A DNA stretch of 32,000 bases, from contig JAYZUZ010000019.1 in NCBI GenBank assembly GCA_036156195.1, positions 82,680 through 114,679 of the forward strand, in the 5' to 3' direction. Positions 8,524 through 20,466 of the stretch are shown here, in pieces (the stretch's first letter is position 1; each line of letters opens with the position of its first letter). Below the pieces are notes generated by a model. It was given only the letters and a program-made list of their open reading frames with translations. It did no database searches and had not been told where the DNA came from. Origin of the DNA: Pseudomonadota bacterium. Lineage in GTDB: Bacteria; Pseudomonadota; Gammaproteobacteria; Nevskiales; OUC007. The position numbers and the translations under genes were made by a program.

Positions 8524-9867
8524 TTACCGTGTCACGCCGGCACCGCCCGGTGCCCGCAAATTCGCTTTCTTCATCAGTCCCTCGTACTGGTGGGACATCA
8601 GATGTGCTTGCAGCTGCGCCATGAAATCCATAACCACAACCACGATGATGAGCAGGCTTGTGCCACCGAAGTAAAACGGCACATTCCACTCAAGAATCAA
8701 GAACTCCGGCAGCAGACACACCAGCGTGATGTACGCAGCACCTGCAACCGTGAGCTTGGTCAACACATTGTCGATGTAACGTGCCGTCTGCGCGCCTGGA
8801 CGCACACCGGGAATGAACGCACCTGACTTCTTCAGATTGTCGGCAGTCTCACGCGAATCGAAGACCAACGCGGTGTAGAAGAAACAGAAGAACACGATCA
8901 TCAGCGCGTACAGGAGTACGTACAGCGGCTGCCCAGGAGATAGCGCGTTCGCGATCGACTGCAAAAATCCGGGACCGCCCTCCCCAAAGAACCGCACAAT
9001 CGACGCGGGGAACAAAATGATTGAGGACGCGAAAATCGGCGGAATCACGCCACTCATATTCAACTTGAGCGGGAGATGCTGCGTTTGCGCGGCAAACATT
9101 TTACGTCCCTGCTGGCGACGCGCATGGTGCACCGGAATGCGCCGTTGGGCACGTTCCACGAACACTACGAACCAGGTCACACCGATGGCAAGCGCAAACA
9201 GCAGTACAACTTGCCAGGATGCCATTGAACCCTCGCTGACCAGCTGTGCCGTGGCACCCAGTGCAGTCGGGAGACCCGCCACAATGCTGGCAAAAATGAT
9301 CATTGAGATCCCGTTGCCGATGCCACGCTCAGTCACCTGCTCACCCAACCACATCAGGAAGATTGTCCCGGTGACCAGAGAGACCGCCGCCGTGAAGATA
9401 AAGGGCATGCCTGGATTGATCGCTACGCCACTGTTTTGCAACGCGACTGCGGCACCAATGGACTGGAAGGTCGCAAGCCCCAACGTACCGTATCGCGTGT
9501 ACTGGGTAATCTTCCGACGTCCGGCCTCGCCTTCCTTTTTCAACTCCTTGAGCGGCTCGTACACGGCCGTCATGAGCTGGATGATGATGCTGGCCGAGAT
9601 GTACGGCATGATGCCCAGTGCAAACAGACTCAGACGCTCCAGTGCCCCACCCGAGAACATGTTGAACATGTCCAGGATGGTGCCGCGCTGAGCTTCAAAC
9701 AGTGCTGCAAGCTGTTGGGGATCGATGCCGGGCACTGGGATGAAGGACCCGATGCGGTAGACGATCAGTGCCCCGAGCAGGAACAGCAGACGGCTACGAA
9801 CCTCTCCCAACTTGGAGAGATCCGGCATCATGCCGCCTGCTGCTGGATTGGCGCCTTGTCGAGCCAT
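8524..9867 (-). CDS. secY: Preprotein translocase subunit SecY
   Basis: 447 aa; [63 protein letters not shown]. Confidence 0.99.
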   Translation of the reverse strand: MARQGANPAAGGMMPDLSKLGEVRSRLLFLLGALIVYRIGSFIPVPGIDPQQLAALFEAQRGTILDMFNMFSGGALERLSLFALGIMPYISASIIIQLMTAVYEPLKELKKEGEAGRRKITQYTRYGTLGLATFQSIGAAVALQNSGVAINPGMPFIFTAAVSLVTGTIFLMWLGEQVTERGIGNGISMIIFASIVAGLPTALGATAQLVSEGSMASWQVVLLFALAIGVTWFVVFVERAQRRIPVHHARRQQGRKMFAAQTQHLPLKLNMSGVIPPIFASSIILFPASIVRFFGEGGPGFLQSIANALSPGQPLYVLLYALMIVFFCFFYTALVFDSRETADNLKKSGAFIPGVRPGAQTARYIDNVLTKLTVAGAAYITLVCLLPEFLILEWNVPFYFGGTSLLIIVVVVMDFMAQLQAHLMSHQYEGLMKKANLRAPGGAGVTR

Positions 9868-10304
9868 TATTCGCTTCCGACGCTACCGCCAGCTGCTTCA
9901 ATCGCCTTCGCAGCACTCGCCGTGGTGCGAAGACCCACAATCTTGACGGCGCGCGTAATCTCGCCCGATCCGATGATCTTGCAATCAATGGTGTTGCCGT
10001 TCAGCAGACCAGCTGCCTTAAGACTCGCAAGATCAACCGTTTCAATACCGCTCTTATCCAAGGTATCCAGACGCAACTCCGCAACAAGCGGTGAAGTGCG
10101 GGAACGGAAGCCACGCTTGGGGAGTCGACGCTGCAACGGCATCTGACCACCCTCGAAACCGGGCTTTGGCATGCCACCACTGCGCGATTTCTGGCCCTTG
10201 ATTCCGCGACCACAGGTTTTACCGTTGCCGGACGAATGACCACGTCCGACACGATTGCGTAGTTTCTTTGAGCCTTTGGCTGGCTTGAGATCGTTTAGCT
10301 GCAT
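9867..10304 (-). CDS. rplO: 50S ribosomal protein L15
   Basis: [44 protein letters not shown]; true start is likely the internal Met at 10304 rather than 10334. Confidence 0.97.
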   Translation of the reverse strand: MQLNDLKPAKGSKKLRNRVGRGHSSGNGKTCGRGIKGQKSRSGGMPKPGFEGGQMPLQRRLPKRGFRSRTSPLVAELRLDTLDKSGIETVDLASLKAAGLLNGNTIDCKIIGSGEITRAVKIVGLRTTASAAKAIEAAGGSVGSE

Positions 10305-10308
10305 TGGC

Positions 10309-10506
10309 TTAGCCCTCAACCGCTTCTTCAACACGAAGCAGGTAGTCGATCTTGCGAACCATGCCCATGTTCTCTGGCGTCGTGATGACGTCCACAGTCT
10401 GGTGCATGCGACGGAGTCCCAGACCGCGTGCGCAGGCCTGGTGTGCCTTGAGACGCCCGCTAAGGCTTCTCACAAGGGTCACACGGATAGTCTTTTCGCT
10501 GCTCAT
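10309..10506 (-). CDS. rpmD: 50S ribosomal protein L30
   Basis: 65 aa; [37 protein letters not shown]. Confidence 0.97.
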   Translation of the reverse strand: MSSEKTIRVTLVRSLSGRLKAHQACARGLGLRRMHQTVDVITTPENMGMVRKIDYLLRVEEAVEG

Positions 10507-10520
10507 CAGATGTGCTCCGC

Positions 10521-11027
10521 TTACGCGCGAATCTCTTCGACGGCTTTGCCACGCTTGGCCGCGATGTATTCGGGATCGTGCATATTCGTCAGTGCGTTGA
10601 CGGTTGCACGGACCAGGTTGACCGGGTTACGCGAGCCGTAGCTCTTGGCCAGCACGTTCTGCACGCCGGCGACCTCGAACACAGCGCGCATCGCGCCGCC
10701 CGCGATGACGCCCGTACCGTCAGAGGCGGGGCGCATGATTACGCGCGTTGCGCCGTGACGACCCTGGATCGGGTGCTGCAAGGTGCCAGAGGTGAGCGGA
10801 ACCGAGACCATGTTCTTACGGGCCTGCTCCATTGCCTTCTGGATTGCCAGCGGCACTTCACGAGCCTTGCCGTAGCCGAAGCCCACGCGTCCTTCGCCAT
10901 CACCAACAACGGTCAGCGCGGTGAAGCCGAACTGCCGGCCACCCTTAACCACTTTGGCGACACGGTTAACCGTGACCAGCTTTTCGAGCAGATCGCCCTG
11001 CCCGTTGTTGTTGTCGTTTCTTGCCAT
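10521..11027 (-). CDS. rpsE: 30S ribosomal protein S5
   Basis: 168 aa; [43 protein letters not shown]. Confidence 0.99.
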   Translation of the reverse strand: MARNDNNNGQGDLLEKLVTVNRVAKVVKGGRQFGFTALTVVGDGEGRVGFGYGKAREVPLAIQKAMEQARKNMVSVPLTSGTLQHPIQGRHGATRVIMRPASDGTGVIAGGAMRAVFEVAGVQNVLAKSYGSRNPVNLVRATVNALTNMHDPEYIAAKRGKAVEEIRA

Positions 11028-11036
11028 CTCAGTGCC

Positions 11037-11393
11037 TTAGAACTTGAGGCCGCCCTCACGAGCGGCGTCGGCGAGCGCTTTGACCCGACCGTGGTAGCGG
11101 AAGCCAGAACGATCGAAGGCGACGGTTTCGATACCGGCTGCCTTAGCCCGTTCGGCCACGGTACGGCCAACCAGCGCCGCAGCTTCGATGTTGCCGCTGT
11201 GACCACTGACGTCGTCGCGTACCGACTTGTCGATGGTTGACGCGGATGCCAGCGTCTTGCCGCCGTCGGCCGCAATAATCTGTGCGTAGATGTGGCGCGG
11301 CGTACGGTGCACGCACAGGCGTGGCACACGCAGCTCGGCGATCTTTGCGCGCGTCTTGCGGGCGCGGCGAATGCGTTTTGTCTTGTCGGCCAT
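11037..11393 (-). CDS. rplR: 50S ribosomal protein L18
   Basis: 118 aa; [29 protein letters not shown]. Confidence 0.98.
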   Translation of the reverse strand: MADKTKRIRRARKTRAKIAELRVPRLCVHRTPRHIYAQIIAADGGKTLASASTIDKSVRDDVSGHSGNIEAAALVGRTVAERAKAAGIETVAFDRSGFRYHGRVKALADAAREGGLKF

Positions 11394-11396
11394 GGC

Positions 11397-11927
11397 TTAC
11401 TTCTTCTTCGCTTCTTTCCGAAGGACCCGCTCATCCGAGTAGCGCACGCCCTTGCCCTTGTAAGGCTCCGGCGGACGGAACGCCCGAATTTCTGCGGCCA
11501 CTTGCCCTACGACCTGCTTGTTCGCACCCTTGACCACGATCTCCGTCTGAGACGGCGTTTCAATGGTGATGCCTTCAGGCACCGGGTAATCGATCGGATG
11601 CGAGAAGCCGAGCGCCAGGTTGAGCTTGTTGCCCTGCGCCTGCGCGCGGTAACCCACGCCGACGAGCTGCAACTTTCGCTCAAAGCCCGTGCTGACACCG
11701 ACAACCATGTTGCTGACGAGCGCACGCATGGTTCCCGACATCGCAGTATTGCGGGCGATGGAGTCGTCGGACACACGAACCAGACCGTCTTCGACAGACA
11801 GTTCGATGCCCGCCGGTACGTCCATATCCAGCTGTCCGTTCTTTCCCTTCACCATGACACGGCCGTCGGCAAATTTGACTTCGACGCCTGCCGGCAAGGT
11901 GATCGGATTCTTGGCTACGCGACTCAT
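11397..11927 (-). CDS. rplF: 50S ribosomal protein L6
   Basis: [33 protein letters not shown]; track ORF start (11978) is an upstream extension, true start probably 11927. Confidence 0.97.
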   Translation of the reverse strand: MSRVAKNPITLPAGVEVKFADGRVMVKGKNGQLDMDVPAGIELSVEDGLVRVSDDSIARNTAMSGTMRALVSNMVVGVSTGFERKLQLVGVGYRAQAQGNKLNLALGFSHPIDYPVPEGITIETPSQTEIVVKGANKQVVGQVAAEIRAFRPPEPYKGKGVRYSDERVLRKEAKKK

Positions 11928-11928
11928 A

Positions 11929-12324
11929 TCAGGCCACCGTGCAAAGCACTTCGCCACCCTGGCCGAGCTCGCGTGCACGGCGATCGGAGATCACCCCTGC
12001 AGAGGTCGACACAATGGCAATACCTAACCCACCCAGGACTTCCGGCAAGCTGTCCTTACCGCGGTAAATCCGCAGAGACGGCTTGCTGACACGCTGCAAA
12101 TGCTCGATGACACCTTTGCCTTCGAAGTACTTGAGCGCGACAACCAGGGTCGGCTTTCCATCCACTTCAGTGCTGTTGAAATCGGCGATAAAGCCCTCTT
12201 CTTTCAACACTTCAGCGATCGCTTTTTTAACTTTCGACGCCGGCATGCGAACTTCCTTTTTCCGCGCGGCCTGGCCGTTGCGGATGCGGGTCAGCATGTC
12301 GGAGATCGGATCAGTCATGCTCAT
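11929..12324 (-). CDS. rpsH: 30S ribosomal protein S8
   Basis: [23 protein letters not shown]; [52 protein letters not shown]. Confidence 0.99.
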   Translation of the reverse strand: MSMTDPISDMLTRIRNGQAARKKEVRMPASKVKKAIAEVLKEEGFIADFNSTEVDGKPTLVVALKYFEGKGVIEHLQRVSKPSLRIYRGKDSLPEVLGGLGIAIVSTSAGVISDRRARELGQGGEVLCTVA

Positions 12325-12343
12325 AGCAACACCGATATCCCGT

Positions 12344-12649
12344 TTACCAACTAGACTTGACGAGTCCGGGGACTTCGCCGTTCATTGCTGCCTGACGCAG
12401 CTTGTTCCGAGCAAGACCGAACTTGCGGTAGTAACCGCGCGGCCGGCCCGTTACGTTGCATCGATTGCGCATACGCACGGGGCTCGCATCACGAGGAAGC
12501 GCCTGCAGTGCCTGCACAGCGGCATAACGCTCCTCGAAACTGGTCTCTGGATCACTGATCTTGGCCTTGAGTGCGGCCCGCTTCTCAGCGTACTTCTCGA
12601 CCAGCTTTGCGCGCTTGACTTCACGCGCGATCATGCTCTTCTTCGCCAT
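12344..12649 (-). CDS. rpsN: 30S ribosomal protein S14 (long, zinc-independent form)
   Basis: 101 aa; [24 protein letters not shown]; [41 protein letters not shown]. Confidence 0.99.
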   Translation of the reverse strand: MAKKSMIAREVKRAKLVEKYAEKRAALKAKISDPETSFEERYAAVQALQALPRDASPVRMRNRCNVTGRPRGYYRKFGLARNKLRQAAMNGEVPGLVKSSW

Positions 12650-12665
12650 AAGGTCCTAACCGTCC

Positions 12666-13202
12666 TTAATTGCGGAATGGGAACTCGAACGCATCGAGCA
12701 GCGCTCGACCTTCTTCATCGTTCCGAGCCGTTGTCGTAATGGTGATATCCATACCCCGGAGTGCATCGACTTTGTCGTACTCGATCTCGGGGAAGATGAT
12801 CTGTTCGTTCACACCCATGGTGTAGTTACCGCGACCGTCGAACGACTTGGGATTCAAGCCTCGGAAGTCACGGATGCGCGGCAGTGCCACGTGCACCAAG
12901 CGCTCAAGAAACTCGTACATGTGAGCACGACGCAACGTCACCTTGGCGCCAATTGGCCAACCCTCGCGGATCTTGAAGCCAGCGACGGACTTGCGTGCGT
13001 AAGTCACAATCGGCTTCTGACCGGCGATTTTCGCCATGTCAGCAACCGCGTGTTCCATGATCTTCTTGTCAGCAACCGCTTCGCCAAGGCCCATGTTCAG
13101 GGTGATCTTGACCAGTCGCGGTGCTTCCATGACGCCGCAGTCGAGCTTTTTCATCAGCTCGGGGCGGATCGTCTCGTTGTATCGAGTTGCCAGTGTAGTC
13201 AT
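12666..13202 (-). CDS. rplE: 50S ribosomal protein L5
   Basis: 178 aa; [68 protein letters not shown]. Confidence 0.99.
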   Translation of the reverse strand: MTTLATRYNETIRPELMKKLDCGVMEAPRLVKITLNMGLGEAVADKKIMEHAVADMAKIAGQKPIVTYARKSVAGFKIREGWPIGAKVTLRRAHMYEFLERLVHVALPRIRDFRGLNPKSFDGRGNYTMGVNEQIIFPEIEYDKVDALRGMDITITTTARNDEEGRALLDAFEFPFRN

Positions 13203-13214
13203 GACCGTCTCTCG

Positions 13215-13541
13215 TTAGACCTCAACGGCCTTGTCGGTTGACTTGAAGAAGCGCTCCTTCTGGCGCGCATCACCTTCGCCGACCCAGCGGAAACCGACGC
13301 GATCACCCTTGCCCGTTTCGGGGTTGTAGAGCATCACGTTGGACACGTGTATCGGCATTTCCTGTTCGACGATGCCGCCGGCCACACCCGCATTCGGGTT
13401 GGGCTTGACGTGCTTCTTCGCCATGTTGATGCCTTCGACCACAATGCGGTCTTCGGACACGATGCGGGACACAGCGCCGCGACGGCCCTTGTCCTTGCCT
13501 GCGATCACGATGACGTCATCGCCTGTCTTCAAACGCTGCAT
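13215..13541 (-). CDS. rplX: 50S ribosomal protein L24
   Basis: [49 protein letters not shown]; sits at the C-terminal end of a longer track ORF (13215..13847); ATG at 13541 overlaps the rplN stop. Confidence 0.97.
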   Translation of the reverse strand: MQRLKTGDDVIVIAGKDKGRRGAVSRIVSEDRIVVEGINMAKKHVKPNPNAGVAGGIVEQEMPIHVSNVMLYNPETGKGDRVGFRWVGEGDARQKERFFKSTDKAVEV

Positions 13542-13906
13542 CACAGCACCTCCGGAGCGAGCGAGATGATGCGCATGTACTTCTCGCGCAGTTCGCGGGT
13601 CACGGGGCCGAAGATACGAGTACCGATTGGCTCGAGCTTCTGGTTCAGAAGTACGGCCGCATTCGTGTCGAAGCGAATAACCGAGCCATCCGGACGGCGA
13701 ACGCCGCGACGCGTACGAACCACCACCGCGTTGTGAACCTCGCCCTTCTTCACTTTGCCGCGAGGAATGGCATCTTTGACCGTCACCTTGATGATGTCGC
13801 CGATCTGGGCATAACGACGGTGAGAACCGCCGAGCACCTTCACGCACATCACGCGACGGGCACCGCTGTTGTCAGCGGCATTCAGCATGCTTTCTGTCTG
13901 AATCAT
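13541..13906 (-). CDS. rplN: 50S ribosomal protein L14
   Basis: [55 protein letters not shown]; ATG at 13906, track start 14095 is too long. Confidence 0.98.
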   Translation of the reverse strand: MIQTESMLNAADNSGARRVMCVKVLGGSHRRYAQIGDIIKVTVKDAIPRGKVKKGEVHNAVVVRTRRGVRRPDGSVIRFDTNAAVLLNQKLEPIGTRIFGPVTRELREKYMRIISLAPEVL

Positions 13907-13919
13907 CGCTTGCGCCTCG

Positions 13920-14192
13920 TTAGACGACGACAGCCGACTCGACGACTTCAACCAGTCGCCACGTCTTCTGCTTGGAGATCGGACGGCAAGACACCACGCG
14001 CACCAGGTCACCCGACTTCGCCGTATTCTCGGCATCGTGGGCGTGAATCTTGGTGCTGCGACGGATGTACTTCCCGTACAGCGGATGCTTTTCACGACGC
14101 TCGATCAGCACCGTGATGGTCTTGTCACCCTTGTCAGAGACCACCCGGCCTACCGCAGCGTGTTCGACCTTGTTCTGTGTCGCTTCAGTCAT
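13920..14192 (-). CDS. rpsQ: 30S ribosomal protein S17
   Basis: 90 aa; [39 protein letters not shown]. Confidence 0.98.
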   Translation of the reverse strand: MTEATQNKVEHAAVGRVVSDKGDKTITVLIERREKHPLYGKYIRRSTKIHAHDAENTAKSGDLVRVVSCRPISKQKTWRLVEVVESAVVV

Positions 14193-14194
14193 GA

Positions 14195-14410
14195 CTAACC
14201 AGCCTGCTCAAGAATGGAGCGGGCATTGATGGCGGTTTTCACCCGCGCAATGTTCCGCTTCACTTCACGAATCCGATGGACCTGCGTCATCTGACCGGTC
14301 GCCATCTGCATACGCAGATTGAAATGCTCACGTGCGAGCGAGAGCAGCTCGTCCTGCAGTTCGGCGTCGCTCTTGGCAGCCAGCGATTTATTGTATTCCG
14401 CAGCTTTCAT
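14195..14410 (-). CDS. rpmC: 50S ribosomal protein L29
   Basis: 71 aa; [42 protein letters not shown]. Confidence 0.98.
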   Translation of the reverse strand: MKAAEYNKSLAAKSDAELQDELLSLAREHFNLRMQMATGQMTQVHRIREVKRNIARVKTAINARSILEQAG

Positions 14411-14412
14411 GA

Positions 14413-14826
14413 TCAGAGCACCGTCCGAGATACAAACTGGGTCTGCACAGGCAACTTCGCGGCAGCCAGGCGGAATGCCTCACGCGCGATGTCTTCTGGC
14501 ACACCTTCCATTTCGTAGAGCATCTTGCCGGGCTGAATCTTGGCGACCCAGTATTCGACGTTGCCCTTACCCTTACCCATACGCACTTCGATGGGTTTCT
14601 TCGTAACCGGCACATCCGGGAAGATCCGAATCCAGATCTTGCCGCCACGCTTCACGTGACGGGTCATTGCGCGACGGGCAGCTTCGATCTGGCGCGCCGT
14701 GATTCGCCCACGACCCACAGCCTTGAGGCCGTATTCGCCAAAGCTCACCTTATTACCGTTGATCGCCAACCCGCGGTTGCGACCTTTATGCTGTTTGCGG
14801 AACTTCGTCCGTTTCGGTTGCATCAT
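14413..14826 (-). CDS. rplP: 50S ribosomal protein L16
   Basis: 137 aa; [62 protein letters not shown]. Confidence 0.99.
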   Translation of the reverse strand: MMQPKRTKFRKQHKGRNRGLAINGNKVSFGEYGLKAVGRGRITARQIEAARRAMTRHVKRGGKIWIRIFPDVPVTKKPIEVRMGKGKGNVEYWVAKIQPGKMLYEMEGVPEDIAREAFRLAAAKLPVQTQFVSRTVL

Positions 14827-14841
14827 GACGTGGGTTCCTTG

Positions 14842-15507
14842 TTACGCGGCCGCCGACTCGTTGGTCGAGTCTTCCGGCTTGTTGAACACTTCGCCCTTGA
14901 AGACCCACACCTTGATGCCGATGACACCGTAAGTGGTGTGAGCTTCTGCCGTGCCGTAATCCACATCGGCACGCAAGGTATGCAGCGGCACGCGGCCTTC
15001 GCGGTACCACTCGGTGCGCGCGATTTCAGCACCGTTCAGACGGCCACCCACCTGAATGCGGATACCACCAGCCCCCAGGCGCATGGCGTTACCAACGGCC
15101 CGCTTCATGGCACGACGGAACATGATCCGACGTTCCAGCTGCTGAGCAACCGACTCGGCGACCAGGGTCGCGTCGAGCTCCGGCTTACGGATCTCTTCGA
15201 CATTCACATGCACCGGCACCTTCATCATGCGGGCACATTCGGTGCGCAGACGTTCGATGTCTTCGCCCTTCTTGCCAATCACGATGCCGGGACGCGCCGT
15301 GTGAATGGTGATTCGCGCGGTGCGCGCCGGACGGTCGATCTGAATGCGACTAACCGATGCATGCGACAGTTTCTTCTTGAGGAAGTCACGCACCTCGAGA
15401 TCGGTTGCCAGCGTATCGGCGTATGCCTTGCGCTCGGCGTACCAGCGCGACTTCCACTCACTCGTGATGCCGAGGCGAAAACCGACGGGATGTACTTTCT
15501 GACCCAT
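14842..15507 (-). CDS. rpsC: 30S ribosomal protein S3
   Basis: 221 aa; [24 protein letters not shown]; KH-domain [14 protein letters not shown]. Confidence 0.99.
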   Translation of the reverse strand: MGQKVHPVGFRLGITSEWKSRWYAERKAYADTLATDLEVRDFLKKKLSHASVSRIQIDRPARTARITIHTARPGIVIGKKGEDIERLRTECARMMKVPVHVNVEEIRKPELDATLVAESVAQQLERRIMFRRAMKRAVGNAMRLGAGGIRIQVGGRLNGAEIARTEWYREGRVPLHTLRADVDYGTAEAHTTYGVIGIKVWVFKGEVFNKPEDSTNESAAA

Positions 15508-15509
15508 GA

Positions 15510-15842
15510 TTACTCGTCCCCAACCTGGACAGTGATATGGCTATTGCGCTTCGTGATCCGGTCTGCCCGGCCACGTGCACGCGGCTTGACGCGCTTGAAC
15601 ACCGGCGCCTGGTTCACCCAGATGGCCGACACCTTCAGCTCATCCACATCAGCGCCGTCATTGTTCTCGGCGTTCGCAATAGCGGATTCGAGCACTTTGC
15701 GAATGATGTGGGCAGCCTTTTTAGGGCTGTACGCCAACAAGTTCAGCGCCTTCTCAACCGGCAGTCCGCGCACCTGGTCTGCGACCAAAGCGGCCTTCTG
15801 CGGCGAGAGGCGTGCGTAACGGAGAGTCGCTTGCGTCTGCAT
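15510..15842 (-). CDS. rplV: 50S ribosomal protein L22
   Basis: [44 protein letters not shown]; likely start 15842 instead of the track's 15971. Confidence 0.97.
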   Translation of the reverse strand: MQTQATLRYARLSPQKAALVADQVRGLPVEKALNLLAYSPKKAAHIIRKVLESAIANAENNDGADVDELKVSAIWVNQAPVFKRVKPRARGRADRITKRNSHITVQVGDE

Positions 15843-15843
15843 C

Positions 15844-16116
15844 TTACTTCGCCTTCCTGTCAGCGAGATGCCCTTTGAAGGTCCGAGTCGGCGAAAACTC
15901 ACCGAGCTTGTGACCCACCATGTTGTCCGTGACAAACACCGGCACGTGCTGACGGCCGTTATGAACAGCAATCGTCAGTCCAACCATGTCCGGCGTCACC
16001 ATCGAACGGCGCGACCAGGTCTTGATCGGACGTTTGACGCGGGCGTCTTGCGTCGCGGCCACTTTCTTGGCCAGATGCCCGTCAACGAACGGGCCCTTCT
16101 TTAATGAGCGCGGCAC
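15844..16116 (-). CDS. rpsS: 30S ribosomal protein S19
   Basis: 90 aa; [19 protein letters not shown]; [31 protein letters not shown]. Confidence 0.99.
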   Translation of the reverse strand: MPRSLKKGPFVDGHLAKKVAATQDARVKRPIKTWSRRSMVTPDMVGLTIAVHNGRQHVPVFVTDNMVGHKLGEFSPTRTFKGHLADRKAK

Positions 16117-16127
16117 GGCCTAACCTC

Positions 16128-16955
16128 CTAGCGCTTGTTACGACGGCGCACAATCATGGCGTCCGTCCGCTTGTTCTTACGTGTCTTCTTGCCCTTGGTC
16201 TTCACACCCCAGGGAGACACAGGATGACGACCACCCGAGGTGCGGCCTTCACCACCACCATGCGGATGATCCACCGGGTTCATTGCCACACCACGCACGG
16301 TCGGGCGAATACCCTTCCACCGCGTCGCACCGGCTTTACCCAGTGATCGCAAGCTGTGTTCGGAGTTGCCGACCTCACCAATTGTGGCGCGGCAAGCCGA
16401 ATGCACCTTGCGCATTTCGCCAGACCGCAGACGCAGCGTGGCGTATTCGCCTTCGCGGGCAACCAGCTGTGCAGTACCACCGGCGCTGCGTGCAATCTGC
16501 GCGCCCTTCCCAGGACGCATCTCCACGCAGTGGACCTGCGTACCGACGGGGATATTGCGCAAAGGCAGCGCATTTCCCGGCTTGATCGGCGCATCGAAAC
16601 CCGTCTGGACCTTATCGCCTACGGCCAAGTTCTTCGGCGCGATGATGTAGCGACGCTCACCATCTGCGAACAGAATTAGCGCGATGTGGGCCGAACGGTT
16701 CGGATCGTACTCCAGGCGCTCAACACGACCGGGGACACCGTCCTTGTTCCGCTTGAAGTCAATGATGCGATAACGCTGCTTGTGACCACCACCACGATGA
16801 CGCGTGGTGATTCGGCCTGCGTTGTTACGTCCGCCCGACTTGGTTTTCTTTTCAACCAACGCTGCATGCGGCTGCCCCTTGTGGAGGTCAGCGTTATGCA
16901 CCTGAACGACAAACCGTCGCCCAGCTGATGTCGGCTTTGCTTTCTTCAATGCCAT
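16128..16955 (-). CDS. rplB: 50S ribosomal protein L2
   Basis: 275 aa; [28 protein letters not shown]; [31 protein letters not shown]. Confidence 0.99.
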   Translation of the reverse strand: MALKKAKPTSAGRRFVVQVHNADLHKGQPHAALVEKKTKSGGRNNAGRITTRHRGGGHKQRYRIIDFKRNKDGVPGRVERLEYDPNRSAHIALILFADGERRYIIAPKNLAVGDKVQTGFDAPIKPGNALPLRNIPVGTQVHCVEMRPGKGAQIARSAGGTAQLVAREGEYATLRLRSGEMRKVHSACRATIGEVGNSEHSLRSLGKAGATRWKGIRPTVRGVAMNPVDHPHGGGEGRTSGGRHPVSPWGVKTKGKKTRKNKRTDAMIVRRRNKR

Positions 16956-16968
16956 GGATCCGCTCCGC

Positions 16969-17274
16969 TTAGCTCAGGCCGACGAAGTCGATTTCTTGAC
17001 CTTCGCCCAATTGGACATAGGCCTTCTTGGTGTCTTTGCGACGACCTTCGACACGACCAAAGCGCTTACGCTTGCCCTTGACGACGACCGTACGCACCGA
17101 ATCCACCTCGACGTTGAACAGCAGCTCGACTGCCTGCTTGATCTCGACCTTGGTTGCATCGGTGGCAACTTCAAACACCGCCTGGTTGTGGCGCTCGGCC
17201 ACGTTGGTGCTCTTCTCCGACACGATGGGCGCGCGGAGAATATTCATCAGCCGTTCCTGGTTCATGCCAGCCAC
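16969..17274 (-). CDS. rplW: 50S ribosomal protein L23
   Basis: [33 protein letters not shown]; an internal Met at 17265 gives an ATGA overlap with rplD and may be the true start. Confidence 0.97.
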   Translation of the reverse strand: MAGMNQERLMNILRAPIVSEKSTNVAERHNQAVFEVATDATKVEIKQAVELLFNVEVDSVRTVVVKGKRKRFGRVEGRRKDTKKAYVQLGEGQEIDFVGLS

Positions 17275-17864
17275 TCCTGAATACGCTCAATCGCTGCCAC
17301 GCTCATGACGACCTTGTCTGCGCCGACAAGTGCAGCCGGGTTAAGGGCTGCCGTGTCGATGACGTCGACATAAGGAATATTGCGAGACGCTAGGTAAAGG
17401 GATTCGCTCACCTCGTTAAGCACAACCAAAGCGCGCGGCGCGTTGAGCTCGGCCAACTTGGCAATCAAGACCTTCGTCTTGGGCGCATCCAGCTGAAGAT
17501 CATCAACGATGATCAAACGTTCCTGGCGCTGCAACTCGGACAAGATGGCTCGCAGACCACCGCGATACATCTTGCGGTTGACCTTCTGCGAGAAATCGCG
17601 CGGAGTCGCGGCGAACACCTTGCCACCACCGGTAAAGATGGGGCTGCGAATGGTTCCTGCGCGAGCCCGACCCGTCCCTTTCTGACGCCACGGCTTACGA
17701 CCACCGCCACGCACATCCGAGCGACCCTTTTGTGCCTTGGTCCCCGCGCGGCCACCGGCGAGATACGCCACGACCACCTGATGAACCAGAGACTCGTTGA
17801 AGTCGGCTCCGAAGACTGCATCCGACACGGACACGGTCGAGCCGTTATGAACTTGGAGATCCAT
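17262..17864 (-). CDS. rplD: 50S ribosomal protein L4
   Basis: 200 aa; [43 protein letters not shown]. Confidence 0.99.
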   Translation of the reverse strand: MDLQVHNGSTVSVSDAVFGADFNESLVHQVVVAYLAGGRAGTKAQKGRSDVRGGGRKPWRQKGTGRARAGTIRSPIFTGGGKVFAATPRDFSQKVNRKMYRGGLRAILSELQRQERLIIVDDLQLDAPKTKVLIAKLAELNAPRALVVLNEVSESLYLASRNIPYVDVIDTAALNPAALVGADKVVMSVAAIERIQEWLA

Positions 17865-17866
17865 GC

Positions 17867-18505
17867 TTAGCCCTTCACCGCCGGGCGAACCAAGACATCA
17901 ACACCGGTCGCGCCGGGGATGCCACCCTTGATCATCAGCAGATTGCGCTCGGCGTCGACGCGGACCACTTCCAGGTTCTGGACGGTCACGCGCTTGTTGC
18001 CCATCTGACCGGCCATCTTTTTGCCCTTGAACACACGACCCGGGGTCTGGTTCTGGCCAATCGAGCCCGGTGCGCGATGCGACAGCGAGTTACCGTGCGT
18101 GTTGCGCTGATGATGGAAGTTGTGACGCTTAATCGTGCCCGCGAAGCCCTTACCGATGGAGACGCCTGTGACGTCAACGGACTGACCAGCCTCAAACTGA
18201 TCAACCTTGATCTCTCCACCCGGCTCCAGCCCATCCAGCTGCTCCGTGGTTGCACGGAACTCCCAAACGCCGCGACCGGCTTCGGTGCCCGCCTTCTTAA
18301 AGTGACCGGCCATCGCCTTGGTCACTCGGCTGGCACGGCGCGTACCCACAGTCACCTGCACAGCCGTGTAACCGTCCACGTCATCGCGCTTGATCTGGGT
18401 GATCCGATTTGGCTCAACCTCAATCACGGTGACGGGCACGGAAGCACCAGCTTCGGTGAACAGGCGCGTCATGCCTCGTTTTTTTCCGACCAGTCCGAAA
18501 GACAT
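17867..18505 (-). CDS. rplC: 50S ribosomal protein L3
   Basis: [39 protein letters not shown]; [32 protein letters not shown]; start 18505 rather than 18556. Confidence 0.98.
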   Translation of the reverse strand: MSFGLVGKKRGMTRLFTEAGASVPVTVIEVEPNRITQIKRDDVDGYTAVQVTVGTRRASRVTKAMAGHFKKAGTEAGRGVWEFRATTEQLDGLEPGGEIKVDQFEAGQSVDVTGVSIGKGFAGTIKRHNFHHQRNTHGNSLSHRAPGSIGQNQTPGRVFKGKKMAGQMGNKRVTVQNLEVVRVDAERNLLMIKGGIPGATGVDVLVRPAVKG

Positions 18506-18810
18506 TGCCGTTTCCTCAGCAGTGCGCACGGCCAGAGCCGCACGCCCAACAAACAATTAGAGCGACACGAGCGCCTGCCCGCCAATTGCGAACAAACGCT
18601 CAATGATCTGTTACGTGAAGCTTTGCTGCCGGAGCAGTTTCGACTTCAAGCTCAACTCGCCTGGAACCCGAGCCGTTTCGCCTAAGCGACGTACCCGATA
18701 CCTCTTCAGCAAGCCGAATCAAGCGCCGTGGCGCTTGAAACGGGCGCTTGGCGCGCCCTCACCCGGATCGCCCGGGCGTGCTGTACCTGCTTGACCCGAA
18801 GGCCTAAGCG

Positions 18811-19125
18811 TTAGTTCAGCTTGATTTGCACGTCCACACCCGCCGCGAGGTCAAGCTTCATCAAAGCGTCGACCGTTTTCTCGGTGGGGTCCACAATCTC
18901 CATGAGGCGCTTGTGGGTACGGACTTCATACTGATCGCGCGCATCCTTATTCACATGCGGCGAGATGAGTATTGTAAATTTTTCCTTGCGAGTAGGCAAG
19001 GGGATCGGACCACGAACCATGGCGCCGGTGCGCTTGGCAGTTTCCACGATCTCACGCGCAGACTTGTCGATCAGTCGATGATCGAAAGCCTTGAGACGAA
19101 TTCGAATATTTTGATTCTGAGCCAT
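18811..19125 (-). CDS. rpsJ: 30S ribosomal protein S10
   Basis: 104 aa; [67 protein letters not shown]. Confidence 0.99.
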   Translation of the reverse strand: MAQNQNIRIRLKAFDHRLIDKSAREIVETAKRTGAMVRGPIPLPTRKEKFTILISPHVNKDARDQYEVRTHKRLMEIVDPTEKTVDALMKLDLAAGVDVQIKLN

Positions 19126-19170
19126 GGTGCTTTACATCGTTGACGTTGGCTAAACCCGTGAACCGAAAAC

Positions 19171-19196
19171 CGCGGGCCACCTGATGGCGGCCCGCG
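19171..19196 (-). terminator. Probable intrinsic terminator downstream of tuf, upstream of rpsJ
   Basis: Minus-strand RNA CGCGGGCCGCC-AUCA-GGUGGCCCGCG (11-bp stem, one G-U pair) followed by GUUUUCGG. Confidence 0.7.
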
Positions 19197-19238
19197 TTTA
19201 CACTCGGCTTCCGGCGTTAGGTTTCCGGCAACGCCTCC

Positions 19239-20429
19239 TTACTCGATGATCTTGACGACGACGCCGGCACCAACGGTACGACCACCTTCGCGAATAGCGA
19301 AGCGCAGGCCGTCTTCCATGGCGATCGGTGCGATCAGCTCAACGTCCAGGTTAACGTTGTCACCCGGCATGACCATTTCCGTGCCCTCCGCCAGGGTGCA
19401 CGCACCGGTGACGTCCGTGGTACGGAAGTAGAACTGCGGGCGATAACCCTGGAAGAACGGGGTATGACGACCACCCTCTTCCTTCTTCAGGATGTACACC
19501 TCAGCTTCAAACTTGGTGTGGGGCGTAATCGAACCCGGCTTGGCCAGAACCTGGCCACGTTCGATTTCTTCACGCTTGGTGCCACGCAGCAGCACACCCA
19601 CGTTGTCACCGGCACGACCTTCGTCCAGCAGCTTGCGGAACATTTCGACACCGGTAACGGTGGTCTTGGCAGTGGCCTTGATACCGACGATTTCGATTTC
19701 TTCGCCGACCTTGACGATGCCACGCTCCACACGGCCGGTGGCGACGGTGCCACGACCGGAGATCGAGAACACGTCTTCGACCGGCATCAGGAACGTGCCG
19801 TCGATGGCGCGCTCCGGCTCGGGAATGTACTCGTCCAGGGCCGCGATCAGCTTGTCGATGGCCTGAGAACCGATCTCGGACTCGTCGCCCTCAACAGCCT
19901 TCAGGGCGGAACCGGTGATGATCGGGGTGTCGTCGCCCGGGAACTCGTAAGCGTCCAGCAGCTCACGCACTTCCATTTCAACCAGCTCGAGCAGCTCCGG
20001 ATCGTCGACCATATCGGCCTTGTTCAGGAACACGACGATGTAAGGCACGCCAACCTGGCGAGCCAGCAGAATGTGTTCACGGGTCTGCGGCATCGGGCCG
20101 TCGGCAGCGGACACGACCAGGATCGCGCCGTCCATCTGCGCAGCACCGGTGATCATGTTCTTGACGTAGTCAGCGTGCCCAGGGCAATCCACGTGAGCGT
20201 AGTGACGCGCCTCCGACTCATACTCAACGTGAGCGGTTGCGATCGTGATTCCGCGAGCCTTTTCTTCCGGCGCGTTATCAATCTGATCGTATGCACGCTG
20301 CTCACCGCCAAACTTCTTGGCCTGGCAAATCGTCAGTGCCGCGGTCAACGTGGTCTTACCATGGTCAACGTGACCGATGGTGCCGACGTTCACGTGCGGC
20401 TTGGTACGCTCGAACTTTTCCTTCGACAT
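19239..20429 (-). CDS. tuf: Elongation factor Tu
   Basis: 396 aa; [33 protein letters not shown]; C-term [15 protein letters not shown]. Confidence 0.99.
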   Translation of the reverse strand: MSKEKFERTKPHVNVGTIGHVDHGKTTLTAALTICQAKKFGGEQRAYDQIDNAPEEKARGITIATAHVEYESEARHYAHVDCPGHADYVKNMITGAAQMDGAILVVSAADGPMPQTREHILLARQVGVPYIVVFLNKADMVDDPELLELVEMEVRELLDAYEFPGDDTPIITGSALKAVEGDESEIGSQAIDKLIAALDEYIPEPERAIDGTFLMPVEDVFSISGRGTVATGRVERGIVKVGEEIEIVGIKATAKTTVTGVEMFRKLLDEGRAGDNVGVLLRGTKREEIERGQVLAKPGSITPHTKFEAEVYILKKEEGGRHTPFFQGYRPQFYFRTTDVTGACTLAEGTEMVMPGDNVNLDVELIAPIAMEDGLRFAIREGGRTVGAGVVVKIIE

Positions 20430-20466
20430 GAGTCGGTCCCTTCTTTCTCGAATCTGATAGTAGAGA

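Noticed and set aside
13542-13847. N-terminal extension of the track ORF containing rplX
   Set aside because: Out-of-frame reading of rplN; L24 begins at the conserved [15 protein letters not shown] at 13541.
14656-15819. 387 aa plus-strand ORF opposite rplP/rpsC/rplV
   Set aside because: Antisense shadow of highly conserved ribosomal protein genes in GC-rich DNA; no recognisable domain.
18603-18794. 63 aa plus-strand ORF in the rpsJ-rplC gap
   Set aside because: No recognisable motif and no visible ribosome-binding context that I could confirm; more likely chance within the structured spacer.
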